NCBI GenBank assembly: GCA_964016885.1
Contig: OZ024745.1
Span: 91,512,001 to 91,576,000 of the forward strand
Source: Eledone cirrhosa
Taxonomy: Eukaryota
Length of the DNA: 64,000 nt
Reading direction: 5' to 3'
The translations under genes were made by a program, and so were the position numbers. The notes beneath the pieces are model-generated. The model had not been told where the DNA came from and searched no databases. It worked only from the letters and a program-made list of their open reading frames with translations. This document shows, piece after piece, positions 1 through 12,339 of this stretch (position 1 is its first letter; the number at the start of each line of letters is the position of its first letter).

Positions 1-1484
1 ATTTGAATCTAATTGTAATGATACAACAAGAATTAAATCTGAAATCACTTGAAGGCATACAGTTATCTCAACCTCATTTAATCAATTCTCTTTACTGGAG
101 AATATCTGTCTCTCTTTTGGAAGAATTAACCGAGGATAAAATATATTCCATTACCTTGACATTTGATTTTTCTATGAATATAAAAAAACAAAACAAGACA
201 AAACAGTGGAATACTTCAATAGCTTATTGAGGAAAAGAGTTATCTTAAAGAAAGACCAGAATGTTAAAGCTGGTTTTGTGAGTTTTTAGAAGAAGTTATT
301 TAGATAGTTAATAGGAGAGAGAGAGATATATGGATATAGATAGATATGTGTTGTTATGAATGTTAATATTTATTTGTGTATTGTATCACAGAGAGTAACC
401 GAAGAAGCAGTCCAAGGGAATGTTGTGGCAAATATCATCATAAGGCATTACGATGTGTTTTGATATATAATTTATTTACAAAGATGAGAAGTTGAGTTAG
501 CTGTGAAGACATGTCATAAGAAATGAAATAAAACAAATTAAGATGCTGTAAATTTAGATGCGGTCAGGTGGCTGAAGTAAGAAGCCAAGCTGTGGAGAAT
601 TCCGGTAGCTACATTTTGGAAAGTTTGTTGAGCAAAATCAAGAGGTGTTACCTTGATGAGGTTGAGCTGCAAGAGAGAAAGTTTCTCGAAAAGAAGCGGG
701 AATTTTTCCCTCTGGTAGCGATTGGCTGAACTGAGCCAAACAACATATGGAGAATGTATCCACGAACCCTCAGAATATAGGTCACTACAAGTCACTATGA
801 AGAGGAAGAGATTAGACAAGTTTTACCAATTTTTTACATTACCAATCTTCTGAGGCATATTAAAAACATTCTATAAATATCCTTATCTACATTGTATCAT
901 CATTTGATTAGTAATATTTTAAGGTTTTTTTAAAACCTTTTCCTTCTCCTTAGCTTCTATCATTTATTCCCATCACTATGTCTTTTACATATTCGAAGAA
1001 TACTGGTATATAGTACTGGAGAAAACTTGTCCACCCTTACAAACAAGGTACTATACATGCTCTTATTAACTTCTCTTCCCTCATCCCACTACCCTATATG
1101 TCAAACCCCCACCCATATACCATCCTCTATTGATACCTGAAACACACCACCATGTAGGTAGGTGTACCTATACTTGATCCCTCTAACTCTTAGCCTGATC
1201 CCTTCAACTCTTATGAATGAATAACAACAACAAAAAAACAACAGAATTTTGAGAGGCTCAGTTTTTTTCTTTAATCCAATAAATAAGATAAAGATTATAA
1301 AAATGATGTCAAAAAATACACATAGACATATACATATGGCAAATATTCACATATATATTAATATACATACATATACACACACATATGTACATAGAAGGAA
1401 GTATTACTTTGAAAATAATTAAATTTAGAGAGTAATAGAAATATTTAAAGAATTTCTTTATAAAACTTAAAATTAAACATTTAA

Positions 1485-1692
1485 CCCTTTAGCATTTAAA
1501 CAGGTCATATCCGGCTAGAATTCTCTCACCTCTTTCTGTTCAAACTGGCTGTAACCGGCTGCTCATACTGATATTAAGGTATTGTTCTCAAAATAAATAA
1601 TATCAAAATCTCATAGATTCGATATTATGTGAGATAAAGCCTTTGCCATGAAAATACAATAGTAAATATAGAGTAATGTAAATGCTAAAGAG
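1485..1692. mobile_element. piggyBac-like non-autonomous element (MITE), copy 1
   Basis: TTAA at 1481-1484 and 1693-1696. TIRs CCCTTTAGCATTTA ... TAAATGCTAAAGAG. The interior is homologous to copies at ~2746, 4167 and 15128. Confidence 0.8.
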
Positions 1693-1822
1693 TTAAAGAA
1701 TCATGTGAGTTATAAGAATCACATCATTTTAATATATGGATGATTTATATATTGACTTAAATTTATTTCTGAGAAAGTCATATGGTTTAGGCTTATATTA
1801 TGCATTCAACCATATTCTAGGA

Positions 1823-1967
1823 CAGTCATGGGCAAACTGCAGCCCATTTGGTTTCTGAATGACATGTCTAATTTCAAAATTATTTTGAATTTTTTAGTAG
1901 TGTGGCTTTCCTTATGATGAGCCACATCCTATGTAGTTCACTGCTTGAAAAAGGTTGCCCACACCTG
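1823..1967. mobile_element. hAT/Charlie-like MITE
   Basis: Imperfect TIRs CAGTCATGGGCAAACT ... AGGTTGCCCACACCTG. 8-bp flanks TTCTAGGA (1815-1822) and ATCTAGGA (1968-1975) match 7/8 and resemble the Charlie NTCTAGAN target. Confidence 0.7.
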
Positions 1968-2214
1968 ATCTAGGATCTCTACAAGTGTCATAGTACTCAA
2001 TATTTTATATAGAGGAGGGTGCCAATATTAGACACCTAATCATGTGATAGGTACAGTAGATCAATATCAAATATATACCATATTTAATATTTTCTAATTA
2101 ATATAAATAGCATCAGCTGGAGTTGTATACTCAATTCATCAGATTACACCAGTGATCTAAGTTTTATTACTTAATCAATGGCTTCATGCAAATTCTGTGA
2201 AATTTATGCATACA

Positions 2215-2612
2215 CAGACCTGTCAACTCTCTCGGTCTGATGGGGGAATCTCCCACCCACATTGGGGTGGGTGAGAGATGTCTTCTCTTGTGAAAATGGG
2301 TATAGCTTTCATTATGTAAAATCTCCCTATTTTGCCTAATTTCTCTCCGTTTTGGAGCACTTTTTTTCATGGTACTCCCCATTTGGATTTTTAGAAGTTG
2401 GTAGGTCTGACATCAGCTTCAGCATTCGGTAATCAGAAGAGAGGTAGGTATAGAAGCCCAAAACTCGCTATCTTCAATTTGATGTTCATGCCAATCCCTA
2501 TGAATCTTGAGGAATGATTGAAAGAATACAATCATGAATACATTTCTCCCCGTTTTGGGGCACCTTTTTTCATGGTGCTCCTCGTTTGGGTTTTTAGAAG
2601 TTGGCAGGTCTG
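2215..2612. mobile_element. putative DNA-transposon MITE with duplicated right end
   Basis: Inverted ends CAGACCTGTCAACT ... AGTTGGCAGGTCTG. The right-end segment of ~70 bp occurs twice (~2339-2410 and ~2542-2612). No clean TSD. Confidence 0.5.
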
Positions 2613-2745
2613 TATACATCTAGCAAATATTTCATTGGATTTTTTAAGTTAGATTTTTTTTTAAAAGTGGGTTATACCAACTGATGTTTCTGCATCTGTT
2701 GCATTTAGGGGTTCTATGTTGGATATTGATAGAAGCTATTTTTTC

Positions 2746-2928
2746 TGGTCAGAATACTCTCACCTTTTTCTGTTCAAACTGGCCATAACCAACCACTCAA
2801 ACTTAAGTTAAAGTATTGTTCTCAAAATAAATAATATCAAAATCACAGATTCGATATTATGTGAGGTAAAGTCTTTACCAAGAAAATATAATAGTAAATA
2901 TAGAGTAATGCAAATGTTAAAGGATTAA
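2746..2928. mobile_element. piggyBac-like MITE, left-truncated copy 2
   Basis: Aligns to the interior and right end of 1485-1692 (AGAATACTCTCACCT...TGTTCAAACTGGC...GCAAATGTTAAAGGATTAA). Confidence 0.7.
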
Positions 2929-3052
2929 ATCTATCACAAACATTAGATGATGGGACACCAATAACTTCTCTTTACTGCAGAAAAATATAAGATAAGATAT
3001 TTCTTGGACAAGTCAATTAAATTTATGATATATATTAGTATGGATAATTAAT

Positions 3053-3239
3053 TGTTTCTACTTTTGGCACAAGGCCAGCAAATACTCAGTGTATTACTGG
3101 TACTTTATTTTATCGACCCCGTAAGGATGAAAGGCAAAGTTAACCTCGGTGGTATTTGAACTCAGAATAGCAAGGGTCGTAACTCTATGCTGGAAAGCAT
3201 GGCGTCTGACCCTCTACCGATACTGCCAATTCACCGCCC
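3053..3239 (-). mobile_element. tRNA-derived SINE with Meta-domain-like core
   Basis: Minus strand has an A-box-like TGGCAGTATCGG, a B-box GAGTTCAAAT and the core GCCTTTCATCCTTACGGGGTCGATAAAATAAAGTACCAG. Perfect 18-bp TSD TTAGTATGGATAATTAAT at 3035-3052 and 3240-3257. Confidence 0.9.
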
Positions 3240-3723
3240 TTAGTATGGATAATTAATGAGTTGGAGTTAGTTCTCAACTAGATTTTCATTTTTTTAGTTC
3301 ACATCCACTTGTATCTGCTCACTATGATATTGAGTTTGACTGACAAACAATCCTACTCAACCCAACCAACAATCTCTACCCTCTTTCATGTTTCCTGTTT
3401 TTCTGTTTTTTTCATTTCTCCCTTTCTTCCACTTATGTCTTTATTTCTTTATTTTCATGTTTTTGTTGGTGGGGGGGTATATAACATTGTTATTAAACTC
3501 AGTGTCATATTGATTCTAAAATCAGTCTTGTTTTATGCCTGCCTGATGTCATGTCAACATTCTTTCAAGTTCACCTGTAAATTGTTATGTAACATTCATT
3601 GTACAAATCATTATACATCATTGCAACTGTAAGAAATATTTTTACAGAAACAGTCATTATGGAATAAACAGTTGTTCTACTGAAGTCTTCACCTTTTGCT
3701 TTCAATCATCATTATTATCATTG

Positions 3724-3889
3724 AATTGGCAGTATCGGTAGAGGGTCGGACGCCATGCTTTCCAGCATAGTTACGTCCCTTTATGGTCTGAGTTCAAATC
3801 CCATCGAGGTTAACTTTCCCTTTCATCCTTACGGGGTCGATAAAATAAAGTACCAGTAATGTACTGGCCTTGTGCCAAAAGTAGAAACA
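3724..3889 (+). mobile_element. tRNA-derived SINE, same family
   Basis: Reverse-complement homologue of 3053-3239. 13-bp TSD ATTATTATCATTG at 3711-3723 and 3890-3902. Confidence 0.88.
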
Positions 3890-3904
3890 ATTATTATCAT
3901 TGGT

Positions 3905-4410
3905 TTTATGTCAATTTTTCCTTGCTCGCATGGGTTGGACGGATTCTTTTCAGCACAGCATCTCTCCATTCATTGTGTTTCTTTGTCATCACCTTTATGA
4001 GTCTCAGCTATTTGAGATTAACTTTCACCACCTCTACCAAGGTCTTCCACTACTGCGGCTTCCTACCACTATGGGTTAAATAGTTATAGTGATCATCATT
4101 TATGCACATCACATGCCCGTACCAACACAGTCTTCTGTCTTGCACACCACTTCGCATTCCTCTTAATCTTTTAGCATTTACACTGGCTGTATCTGGCCAG
4201 AATTCTCTCACCTCTTTCAGTTCAAACCAGCTGTAACTGGCCATTCATACTTATGTAAAGGTATTGTCTCAAAATGAATAATATCAAAATCTTGTAGATT
4301 TGACATCATGTGAGATAATTATGTGAAATAAAGTGTTTACTGTGAAAATACAATAGTAAATATAGAGTAATGTAAATGCAAAAGGTTTAAACCTAGTTTC
4401 TCTCTCAACC
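3905..4410 (-). mobile_element. RTE LINE 3' fragment, interrupted by a MITE
   Basis: With the MITE removed, the minus strand reads LREKLGLRGMRSGVQDRRLCWYGHVM, matching LREKLEIRGIRCCLLERRLRWYGHVM of the 18-22 kb LINE. Confidence 0.7.
4167..4386. mobile_element. piggyBac-like MITE, copy 3
   Basis: TTAA at 4163-4166 and 4387-4390, with TIR-like ends TCTTTTAGCATTTAC ... GTAAATGCAAAAGGT. Confidence 0.8.
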
Positions 4411-4539
4411 CATCCAAGCTCTGCCTTTCTCTCACATATATATTGCACATCTATGATATGATTAACTGAAACAAACCAATGAGGAGTCAAAAGCAAGATT
4501 AGTCAGTGAGTTTTCAGCTGAATTGCAGTTGACATCACA

Positions 4540-5430
4540 ACTGTGTGATCATGAAAAGCAGCCACACTGTTGGAGAGAAAAATTCTATAAACTGTCCTTC
4601 TGCTGGAAGATGGTGTTCGTGATGATGTTTTGTGCAGAACTCCAACAGCAAGCATCCATTGTCATTACAGTTATCAATGCCATGTTTCCCAAGTTACAGA
4701 ATCTCGGCTCACGCAGGCATTGAAATGGTCAAGTATTGACCTTATTGCCTGCAGGGGTGCCTTATAGAAAACTGTGCAGATCAGACAGAAAAAAACTTTT
4801 CTTTTCCATAGGATCTACTTGGGAGTACATACTGAAGAACATAGCATATTGTTGATTACTCAGTGGGAAGCACATAGAGATGATGCAGTCAGAATGACCT
4901 GTTCGTAGGTTTTCAAGCTTGGAAGCGATAGAGTTCCTGACCAGGAAGCCCACACCTGAAAGGCATCTCTCTGTTGTTGCTGGTTTGCCTGACCAGTAGA
5001 GAGTGTACCCAGCGCAGGTTGCCTTCCTCTGGAAAGCAGATTTCACTAAGAGCAGCGATGTCAACATTCAGTTTGACAGCTCATGTGTAATTAGAGTGGA
5101 ACAATGCTGGCTGTGTCTAGCATGGTTCTAATATTCCAGCAGGTGGGTGTGTATTTTTTCTTTCTTGATGTTGTTCGACCACACGAAATGTCCATTGACC
5201 ACGGTTTGCCAATTTGGGGTGTGTGAAATGAGCTTTGTTTAAGCCACCTTTTCTAGACCCTTCTCCATGTGGTGCAAACAGTGCTATCCCTAGAGAAGGC
5301 TGCTTGGCCATTCAGGGTGTGCTGAATGATGTTGTTGTCATCTGGTCAACATCAGACGACCAAAATCCTGAACCACCTGCATGCTGGATTTGGACTCTGG
5401 CTTCCACTGACATCTTACACCTGCATTTTT
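4540..5430 (-). mobile_element. degenerate RTE/BovB-like LINE 5' fragment (APE endonuclease)
   Basis: ORF 4762-5067 gives AGYTLYWSGKP...LSGVGFLVRNSIASKLENL..GHSD.IISM.FPL, typical of the RTE endonuclease. It is frameshifted and its boundaries are approximate. Confidence 0.7.
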
Positions 5431-5491
5431 TTAACGAAAGGTATGTTTGAGATTGAAAAGTTAGAATGTGTATAGGATGGTTCTTTAGATA

Positions 5492-6115
5492 TGTGATAAT
5501 AACAAGATTGTTAAATGTAATAACAATAATAAGAATAAAGGATATGATTTGATTTATATATAGTTTACTTCATGTGAATTAAAAGGTACAATAAACAAGT
5601 TACCATAAGTTGCAAAGATTGACAATATTATTTTGTTGTTGAAGTGTAGGCTGTTGTAGTCTGTTGTTGTTGGTGTTAAAACAGCGAGTTACAGATAATT
5701 GTTGTTGGAATTTGTGGTAATAGTTGTTAGACCGTGTTAGTAAGAGAGTATGGTATGTATAGCTCTGAATGGTCTGTAGTAACTGAGAAATACCATGAAC
5801 TGCATACAGCGGTGAATCTTCCACATTTGTGTTCTGTATAGCAGGGTTCCAATCGCTCTGGGTGTATCTAGACTTCATGGGGTCTGTTGAATAGTGGTGA
5901 ATCTTTACATAGCTTGTTCTGTAGTGGGGTGCTCCAATGTCTCCGGCTGTAGACCACTGGGGGTCTATTGATAGTAGTAAATCCTTACATATTAGTTGTG
6001 TATCCTAGCGCTTCGATATCTGTGTCTGATAGCTTGATACAGGGTCTATATATATAGCTGTCACTTCCTGTCCCCCAACCTGAAAAGACAGCCCACACAT
6101 GAACTTGTTAACACA
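5492..6115 (-). mobile_element. possible solo LTR-like element with internal ~80-85 bp degenerate tandem repeats
   Basis: Ends TGTGATAA ... TTAACACA form a TG..CA short inverted repeat (7/8). About 3 degenerate units at ~5811-6050 begin GGTGAATCTT/AGTAAATCCT. TATA-like run at ~6047-6056. No TSD seen. Confidence 0.3.
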
Positions 6116-6494
6116 ATAAATGTGGTGACCTAAAATTTGATCTCTAGGTATCACCCAAAGTTCAAGGCGCAGACAGATTTCGCGACATTAGTTCCCTACC
6201 CAGATCGATGCTGGAGCAGCGATCGATTATAAAAGGGGTAGTGGAATCTGATTCCTAGAAGCTTGTAGCAAAACACACAAAATGTTTGTACTGCGCCCGC
6301 ACTTCGAGTGTAGAGAAATTTGGAGGGAGAAAAAAAAAATAGTATGACTGAGTATGCATGTGTGTGTGTGTAACATTTAGAAGGAACTGTAAAAATACAA
6401 AGTTGTGGTCATGTATTTCGAACTGTTGTGTATGGATGGATGGGTTACGGTATCGGATTACGATATGACAACACAGAGGACTATTTCTTTCAAT

Positions 6495-6765
6495 GTATCA
6501 TCATACGTAAGATTCTCTTCAGTGAGTCGAGGTTTACGCTATGACATGAGTGTGTGCAATTTTGAGTTGCCTGCTCAGTTAGTCGAGCAATTGAGTAACC
6601 GTGGTTTGATTATCCTATTGTAATAGCTATTGTCGAACCTTGACCAATTGAATCTCGATGTATTATCATACGTAAGATTCTCTTCCTGTGAGTCGCGGTT
6701 TATGCTATGACATGAGTGTCCGCTCAGTGAGTCGAGCTAAAAGTAACAGTTGGCTGATTATCATT
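6495..6765. repeat. imperfect direct duplication, ~165-bp period
   Basis: TCATACGTAAGATTCTCTTC...GTGAGTCG...GCTATGACATGAGTGT occurs at ~6500 and ~6665. Confidence 0.8.
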
Positions 6766-7310
6766 ACATAGCTTTCGCCTTACCTTGACCAGTCGAAAAG
6801 TGATCCCGCAGAAACCCAACCGAATCCAGAATATACCACAGACAAAAACATGTTGGTGTGTGTGACAAGGAAAATGATGTGTGTTTGATGTAAAACGTGT
6901 TATTCATACAGGCATATAATACAGTAAAACGAATAAAAAAAAAAAAAAATGACATTCATATACAACCTGTAAAAAAAAAAAAAAAATATTTATATAATTG
7001 TTCTTAAAAAAAAAAAAAAAGTTCGATTTTCTCTTCCGTATGTGATCGATTCTTGCTAGGAAGCTAGTAGTATTGTAGCTGATGGCTGTTACGAAACATA
7101 TCCAAACATGCTGGGTCTTGGTACGTCGAGTTTGTTCAGCGTGCCTTGCAACTTTGACTATTTAAACCCATAGATGGGACTCTGACAGGAACTACGGTAG
7201 CAAAATCTGTCCACACCTTGGCCCCTGGGTAACATTTAACAGTCATTTTCTGGCTCAGGAGAGGGTTAGGTTCGAGCGTTCCCAACCTTGCCCCTCCGTT
7301 TTTCCAGGAA

Positions 7311-7545
7311 AAAAGTCCTTTGCAACATGTTCAGAAGTAAATTTAATTGATAGCACCCGAAAAAACAAAAAGCAAAAAAATTATCTCTGAAATTGGTGTG
7401 GGATTGGTGAAAAGTCCGAACTGTTGTGTATGGATGGATGGGTTACGGTATCGGATTACGATATGACAAAAAAGTCATTTGCATCATATTAGGAAGAAAG
7501 TTTAATTGATAGCACACGAAAAAAAAAAACGAAAATAAATTATTT
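7311..7545. repeat. imperfect direct duplication, ~158-bp period
   Basis: AAAAGTC(C/A)TTTGCA...TTTAATTGATAGCAC(C/A)CGAAAAAA occurs at ~7311 and ~7470. Confidence 0.7.
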
Positions 7546-8079
7546 ATGTTGGCTTTTTAATATTCTAAGCGTAACGAATGTGGTAACAAGTGAATACCCC
7601 CCCCCCTCCAGTCATCGATAGTCTGGTGTCAGTCTTCAGTTGAGTTTCATTCCACTATTTCGTAATTCTGTCATTTACACATCGGTTAGGTAATTGTTAG
7701 GTTTTTTTATTATTCAGTTTTATAAATAACATTTAAAATTGTTTATAATTCTTACAGAATGAAAATATAAACACATATAATAAATACAGTTATTTATTGC
7801 AAGGAACCTCACAAATACAATGCACGAAAATATGACTAAAGCGAGAGAAAAAGAAAGAGGAAAAACACCCAACAAAAACAACCATCAATTAGAGTGCGAT
7901 GGGAATATTTAATGCATTATCCCGAAATAAAAGGGCAAGGATTAATATGATCAGATTAATTCAATCTTTATAAACTTGTTCATCAGTTAAGACGAAGTTG
8001 GGAAAACACAAAATAAAATATAAATTTAGCGATTCCTAAATGTGATTTGTTTGGGAATGAAATAAAATAACGAACGACT

Positions 8080-8183
8080 GAGACGGAAGATAAATTAAGG
8101 AAGTAATATTTCATTGTACACCGCTTTTTGTCGCTTATAGTAATTTCCGGTGTTAACACGTGTGATTGGACAAATAGGTAAGT
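8080..8183 (+). promoter_or_regulatory. candidate promoter / non-coding first exon of the AAA ATPase gene, ending at donor AG|GTAAGT (intron starts 8178)
   Basis: Locally CpG-enriched, with ETS-like CGGAAG (~8084) and TTCCGG (~8145), E-box CACGTG (8157-8162) and ATTGG. A perfect donor follows. The acceptor at 12737, upstream of the ATG, requires such an upstream exon. Confidence 0.45.
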
Positions 8184-8357
8184 GCTTTCGGTTCAAAACT
8201 TTATAATATATTATTTTTATGTATTGATAATATCAATATCGATAATTGATTAGTTTTTGTATGTAAAATAAAATTTAATTTATGTAAAAGCTGTTATTTT
8301 TTTCAAAAAAGCGGATTACCTTGACAAGGCATTTCTTAAATGTTTAATACTAATTGT

Positions 8358-8530
8358 TTTATATATATATATATAATATAATATGCATATATATATAATA
8401 TAATATAATATATATATATATATAATATATATGCCTATATATATATAATATAATATATATGCATATATATAATATATATATATATATATATAATATGCAT
8501 ATATATATATAATATATGCATATATATATA
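8358..8530. repeat. (TA)n-rich low-complexity microsatellite
   Basis: Interrupted TA dinucleotide run. Confidence 0.9.
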
Positions 8531-8914
8531 GTAATAATAATAAATTTGAAGATTCTTTGCTTAAACTTTAATCTGTTATTTTAATAAATATATATATATA
8601 TGTCTTCCATTTCGCACCATAACTACTTATATTTTTCAAGTTTGGATTTTTATTTTTTTTAATTAGTTTTTCCATGAACTAATTACGTTTAACAGAAGTG
8701 TTTTTGAATTTCAGTGTAGTGATTACAACCACACAACCAGGCAACAATATTTGTATGTATGTATATATACACACATATAAAGGCATGCGGTATTAAAACG
8801 TTCAGTCCAACCAGCACGGAAAAGTGGACGTAAAAACCATGTGTGTGTATGTACATAATATATATATATATATATACATATGTATATTGTGTATATATAT
8901 ATGTTTGTATATGT

Positions 8915-9900
8915 GCATCATCGTCACTGCTTAATGTCTTGTTTTCCCTGCTTGCATTCGTTGGACGTGTTGTGTTATGAGGCTAGGCAGGTGACCACGT
9001 CCTACCTTTTCCTTGATGTCATAGGCTGGACAAGCAAGATGGGTGATGAAGGATAGGGCAACGCGAGGGTGACTTAGATAGTGAGGGAAGTGTGACAAGG
9101 GAGTAGTACATACAGGCAGGCTGAAGTCTAACTTTCGTTACACTTCACTAACCGTCATTTCCAAGCTCATTTTTCATCTTGCTCTCATGGGAAGGCGGGT
9201 CTTCTGTAGCATGGCATATCGCCAGTCGACTCGATCCTGTCTCGTCTCCGTGAAATCAGCCATCCAAGTTTCCTCAGTCCATTTCTTCCATAGGTTTCAT
9301 CAACTTCGATTGCTCTGCATTTCTTTATGCAGTTATCATCTATATGCATCACATGCCCATACCGTCGCATTCTCCTTTCCTGCAAACAGCATCCGACCCC
9401 CTCTTATGTCCAGTTTCTCCCTCAATCCATTGATGCTTCGTCGTTCATGTATACTACTATTATACATCCATCGGAGCATGCATGCCTCATTTCTTTTCAG
9501 TCCTCTGCATACAAGGCCCAAGTCTCACTTCCATATAGCATTGCCGTTTGCACACAAACGTCATACTGTCTGCTTTTCCCTTTGAGGGAGAAACCATTTG
9601 TTGCCAGCTTGAACTTTCCATTTGGTTCTTACACAGGCCACTGTATTTCCAGAACACGCATCCCCACTGTTAATTTGGTCATACAGGTAACAAGCTGTCA
9701 ACTACTTCTCATGAGCCTATAGAGCATTTGATGGAACTTGTTTCGAATGAGTCCTTTCTTACCGCTCCTGTACATATACCACCCAATGTCGACATTTGCC
9801 ATCCTACTACACCAGTGTATCCATAGTTTAAAGTTAATACACAGGATGGAATTTCCACCTATTCGCATACTAAACATGACCATTTCCCTGTTGGATTTGG
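8915..9900 (-). mobile_element. degenerate RTE LINE 3' portion (RT C-terminus and 3' UTR)
   Basis: Minus-strand pieces RNEACMLRWMYNSSIHERRSINGLREKLDIRG and QERRMRRYGHVMHIDDNCIKKCRAI closely match ORF 20745-21887. The tail-like end GCAAGCAGGGAAAACAAGACATTAAGCAGTGACGATGATG lies at ~8915-8955. Confidence 0.8.
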
Positions 9901-10045
9901 ATGTGTTTATAGATATATATATGTGTTCAGTATTTGCGTAGAAAGGGTAAAGGAAAGAAGAGTGCTCTATGTATTATATATAATAAGTATTTATATATGT
10001 ATGTAAAAGGTAAACAAATATCGGTACAGTATATGTATCATTAAT

Positions 10046-10413
10046 GATCTGAGTTCAAATCCTGCCGAGGTTAACTTTGCTTTTCATCCTTACGGCGTCG
10101 ATAAAATAAAGTAGCAGTAATACACTGAGATAATTGCTGGCCTTGTGCCAAAAGTAGAAACAATTATTTTATGTGGATTGGCAGTATCGGTAGAGGGTCG
10201 GACGCCATGCTTTGCAGCAAAGAGTTACGGCCCTTTATGATCTGAGTTCAAATCCCGCCGAGGTTAACTTTGCCTTTTATCCTTATGGGGTCGATAAAAT
10301 AAAGTATTATTATACATCCATCGGAGCATGCATGCCTCATTTCTTTTCAGTCCTCTGCATACAAGGCCCAAGGTAATTGCTGGCCTTGTGCCAAAAGTAG
10401 AAACAATTATTTT
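10046..10413 (+). mobile_element. two tandem SINE copies (first 5'-truncated, second carrying a 65-bp foreign insert)
   Basis: Two copies of GAGTTCAAATCC..CCGAGGTTAACTTTGC..TCC..GTCGATAAAATAAAGTA...CTGGCCTTGTGCCAAAAGTAGAAAC. Confidence 0.85.
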
Positions 10414-10419
10414 ATGTTC

Positions 10420-11225
10420 ATTTTTCCATGTTGGACAGATCTTCCTCTACTGCAGCTTCCTTCCACTAGGATTTCTTAGTACTTCTTCACCCAATGATCA
10501 TTCATACGCATCACACACCCATTCTAGCACAGTCTTCTTTCATGCATACTACATCTGATTTCTCTTATATCCAGTTTTTCTCGAAATTTGTTTGTTTCAT
10601 TTTTTTCAACCTTTGCATATCCTCTGCATTCACTGCTCAGACACACAGGCATCATATAGCTAACCTTTTGTTGTCAACTGAGGTAGTAGCTCCCTGAAAA
10701 TGTTCCGTCCTGTTCTTATTGTAGCAACTATACCTTCAGAGCAACCCCCTGCAATGGTGATTAGTTCGCCCAGGTAGCTGAAGCTATCAATCTGGAATTG
10801 GAAAACGTATATTTTGCTGATGTTTTTACTACCATCTATTCCTGAATATCTACCACGTACAAAGTGTACCTTTTCTGTTAGTCTGCCTGTTATCCAACTA
10901 CACGTCTTGTATTCCAAAGATTTACTTTGTGTACATCGTATAGACTTGCTAAATATCGAGCAAGGAAACTTCCCTGATGGGATCAGAGTCTTGTCTTCTT
11001 TCCTACTTACTAAAACGTTTTGCCAAGATTACTCTAAGGCCCTTTTGATTCTCAGTTATGTTTCCACAGCTGGAATTCCTGCTTTAGCTCTTCCACAGAT
11101 TCAGCTATAAGAACCAGGTCGTCAGTATACACAAATTCCCATGGATAACCAGTCTTAAATTCTTCTGTTATGGCCTGGAGAATTGTAATATACAAGATTG
11201 AATAGAGGACTCATCCGTATTAATG
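10420..11225 (-). mobile_element. degenerate RTE LINE RT fragment
   Basis: Minus-strand pieces ITGRLTEKVHFVRGRYSG and IDSFSYLGELITIAGGCSEGIVATIRTG..FRELLP are homologous to 20745-21887. Confidence 0.75.
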
Positions 11226-11264
11226 TGTTTGTTTGTATGCTGCCATAGCAATAAGCAACTTGTA

Positions 11265-11595
11265 AGATGGTCGTGCTGGTGTCATGACAAAAAGCACCCT
11301 GTAGGGAGGTCGTTTTGGTGCCACGATAAAATGCTCCCTGTCAAGTGGTGGTACTGGTGCTATGGTAAAAAGTACCCAATCACCCTGTAAGGTAGTAGTG
11401 TAAGTGCCACGATAAAAAGCAGTCAATTTTGTCAAATGGTAGTGCTGGTGACACAAAAAAAAAAAACTCTTGGTATACGCTATAAAGTGGTTGAAAACCA
11501 TGCCAAAAAGGGAACATGAGCTAAACGTGGTTACCTGGTGGCAGTCCATCTAACCCATGCAAACACGGAAAACAAAGGTTAAGCAGCAATAATGA
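11265..11595 (+). mobile_element. RTE 3'-UTR-related non-autonomous repeat with short internal tandem units
   Basis: Repeated (GCT)GGTGCCACGATAAAAAGCAC-like units. It ends CCCATGCAAACACGGAAAACAAAGGTTAAGCAGCAATAATGAT, like the LINE tail at ~22232-22273. Confidence 0.55.
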
Positions 11596-12339
11596 TATGT
11601 ATATGTACTATATATAAATATACATACATAGTGTATGTGTGTACACACGAGAGAGCCCTACCCCATCAAGCTACTTTAGCGACTTCAAATCCCATAATGC
11701 TCATCAATCATGATTTGATCGGAAACCGTTTTTTTTTTTTCTTTTTTTAAAGTAAAATAATTTTCCTCTAACTGGGTTCAATTCTTTTGTATTTAGCTAT
11801 ATTCTATCCAATCCCTTGTTTTCAAATATCATTTAAAATGCATCCATGTGTTTATTAATCATTGCAGTAAATTTTGTTTCTATTACGATCACGTTTCCGA
11901 ACATAATTCAGTGAGTTCACGAGCGACTGAAACCGTCAGGATTCAGTAGAAATAAATAGCTATCTTTTTACTAAAGCGGCGTCAAAAAATACTCCCCTTT
12001 GTTATGATTGACCTCCCTTTGACTTTCACTTTACCAGCAAACTAACCCCTTCGTTGTTAAATACACTCTATATTTCGATTAATTAATGAAAGGATTTACT
12101 AAAATTATTTAGTAGTAGTAATCTAGCATGGTTCATATATGTTGAAAACCTTTGAAATAATTTTGTTTCATAGAACCAGAGCGAGCTTTTAAGAAATATG
12201 AATTTATAATATTTAAAAGAGAAAGAATTATAAATCCCAATTTCTTATGGGAAATGCGAGACTATGTTTTCTAGGGTTTTCTCAAATATTTCTTCATTTT
12301 GAGGATTGTCAAAATCTTGCAGTGTTTATCTAGGGATTT

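Noticed and set aside
538-819. 93-aa minus-strand ORF
   Set aside because: It shows only a faint resemblance to a decayed LINE segment, with no recognisable domain or splice support.
3053-3889. Inverted pair as the TIRs of one large element, or as tRNA genes
   Set aside because: Each copy has its own TSD, so they are independent SINE insertions. No complete cloverleaf is present.
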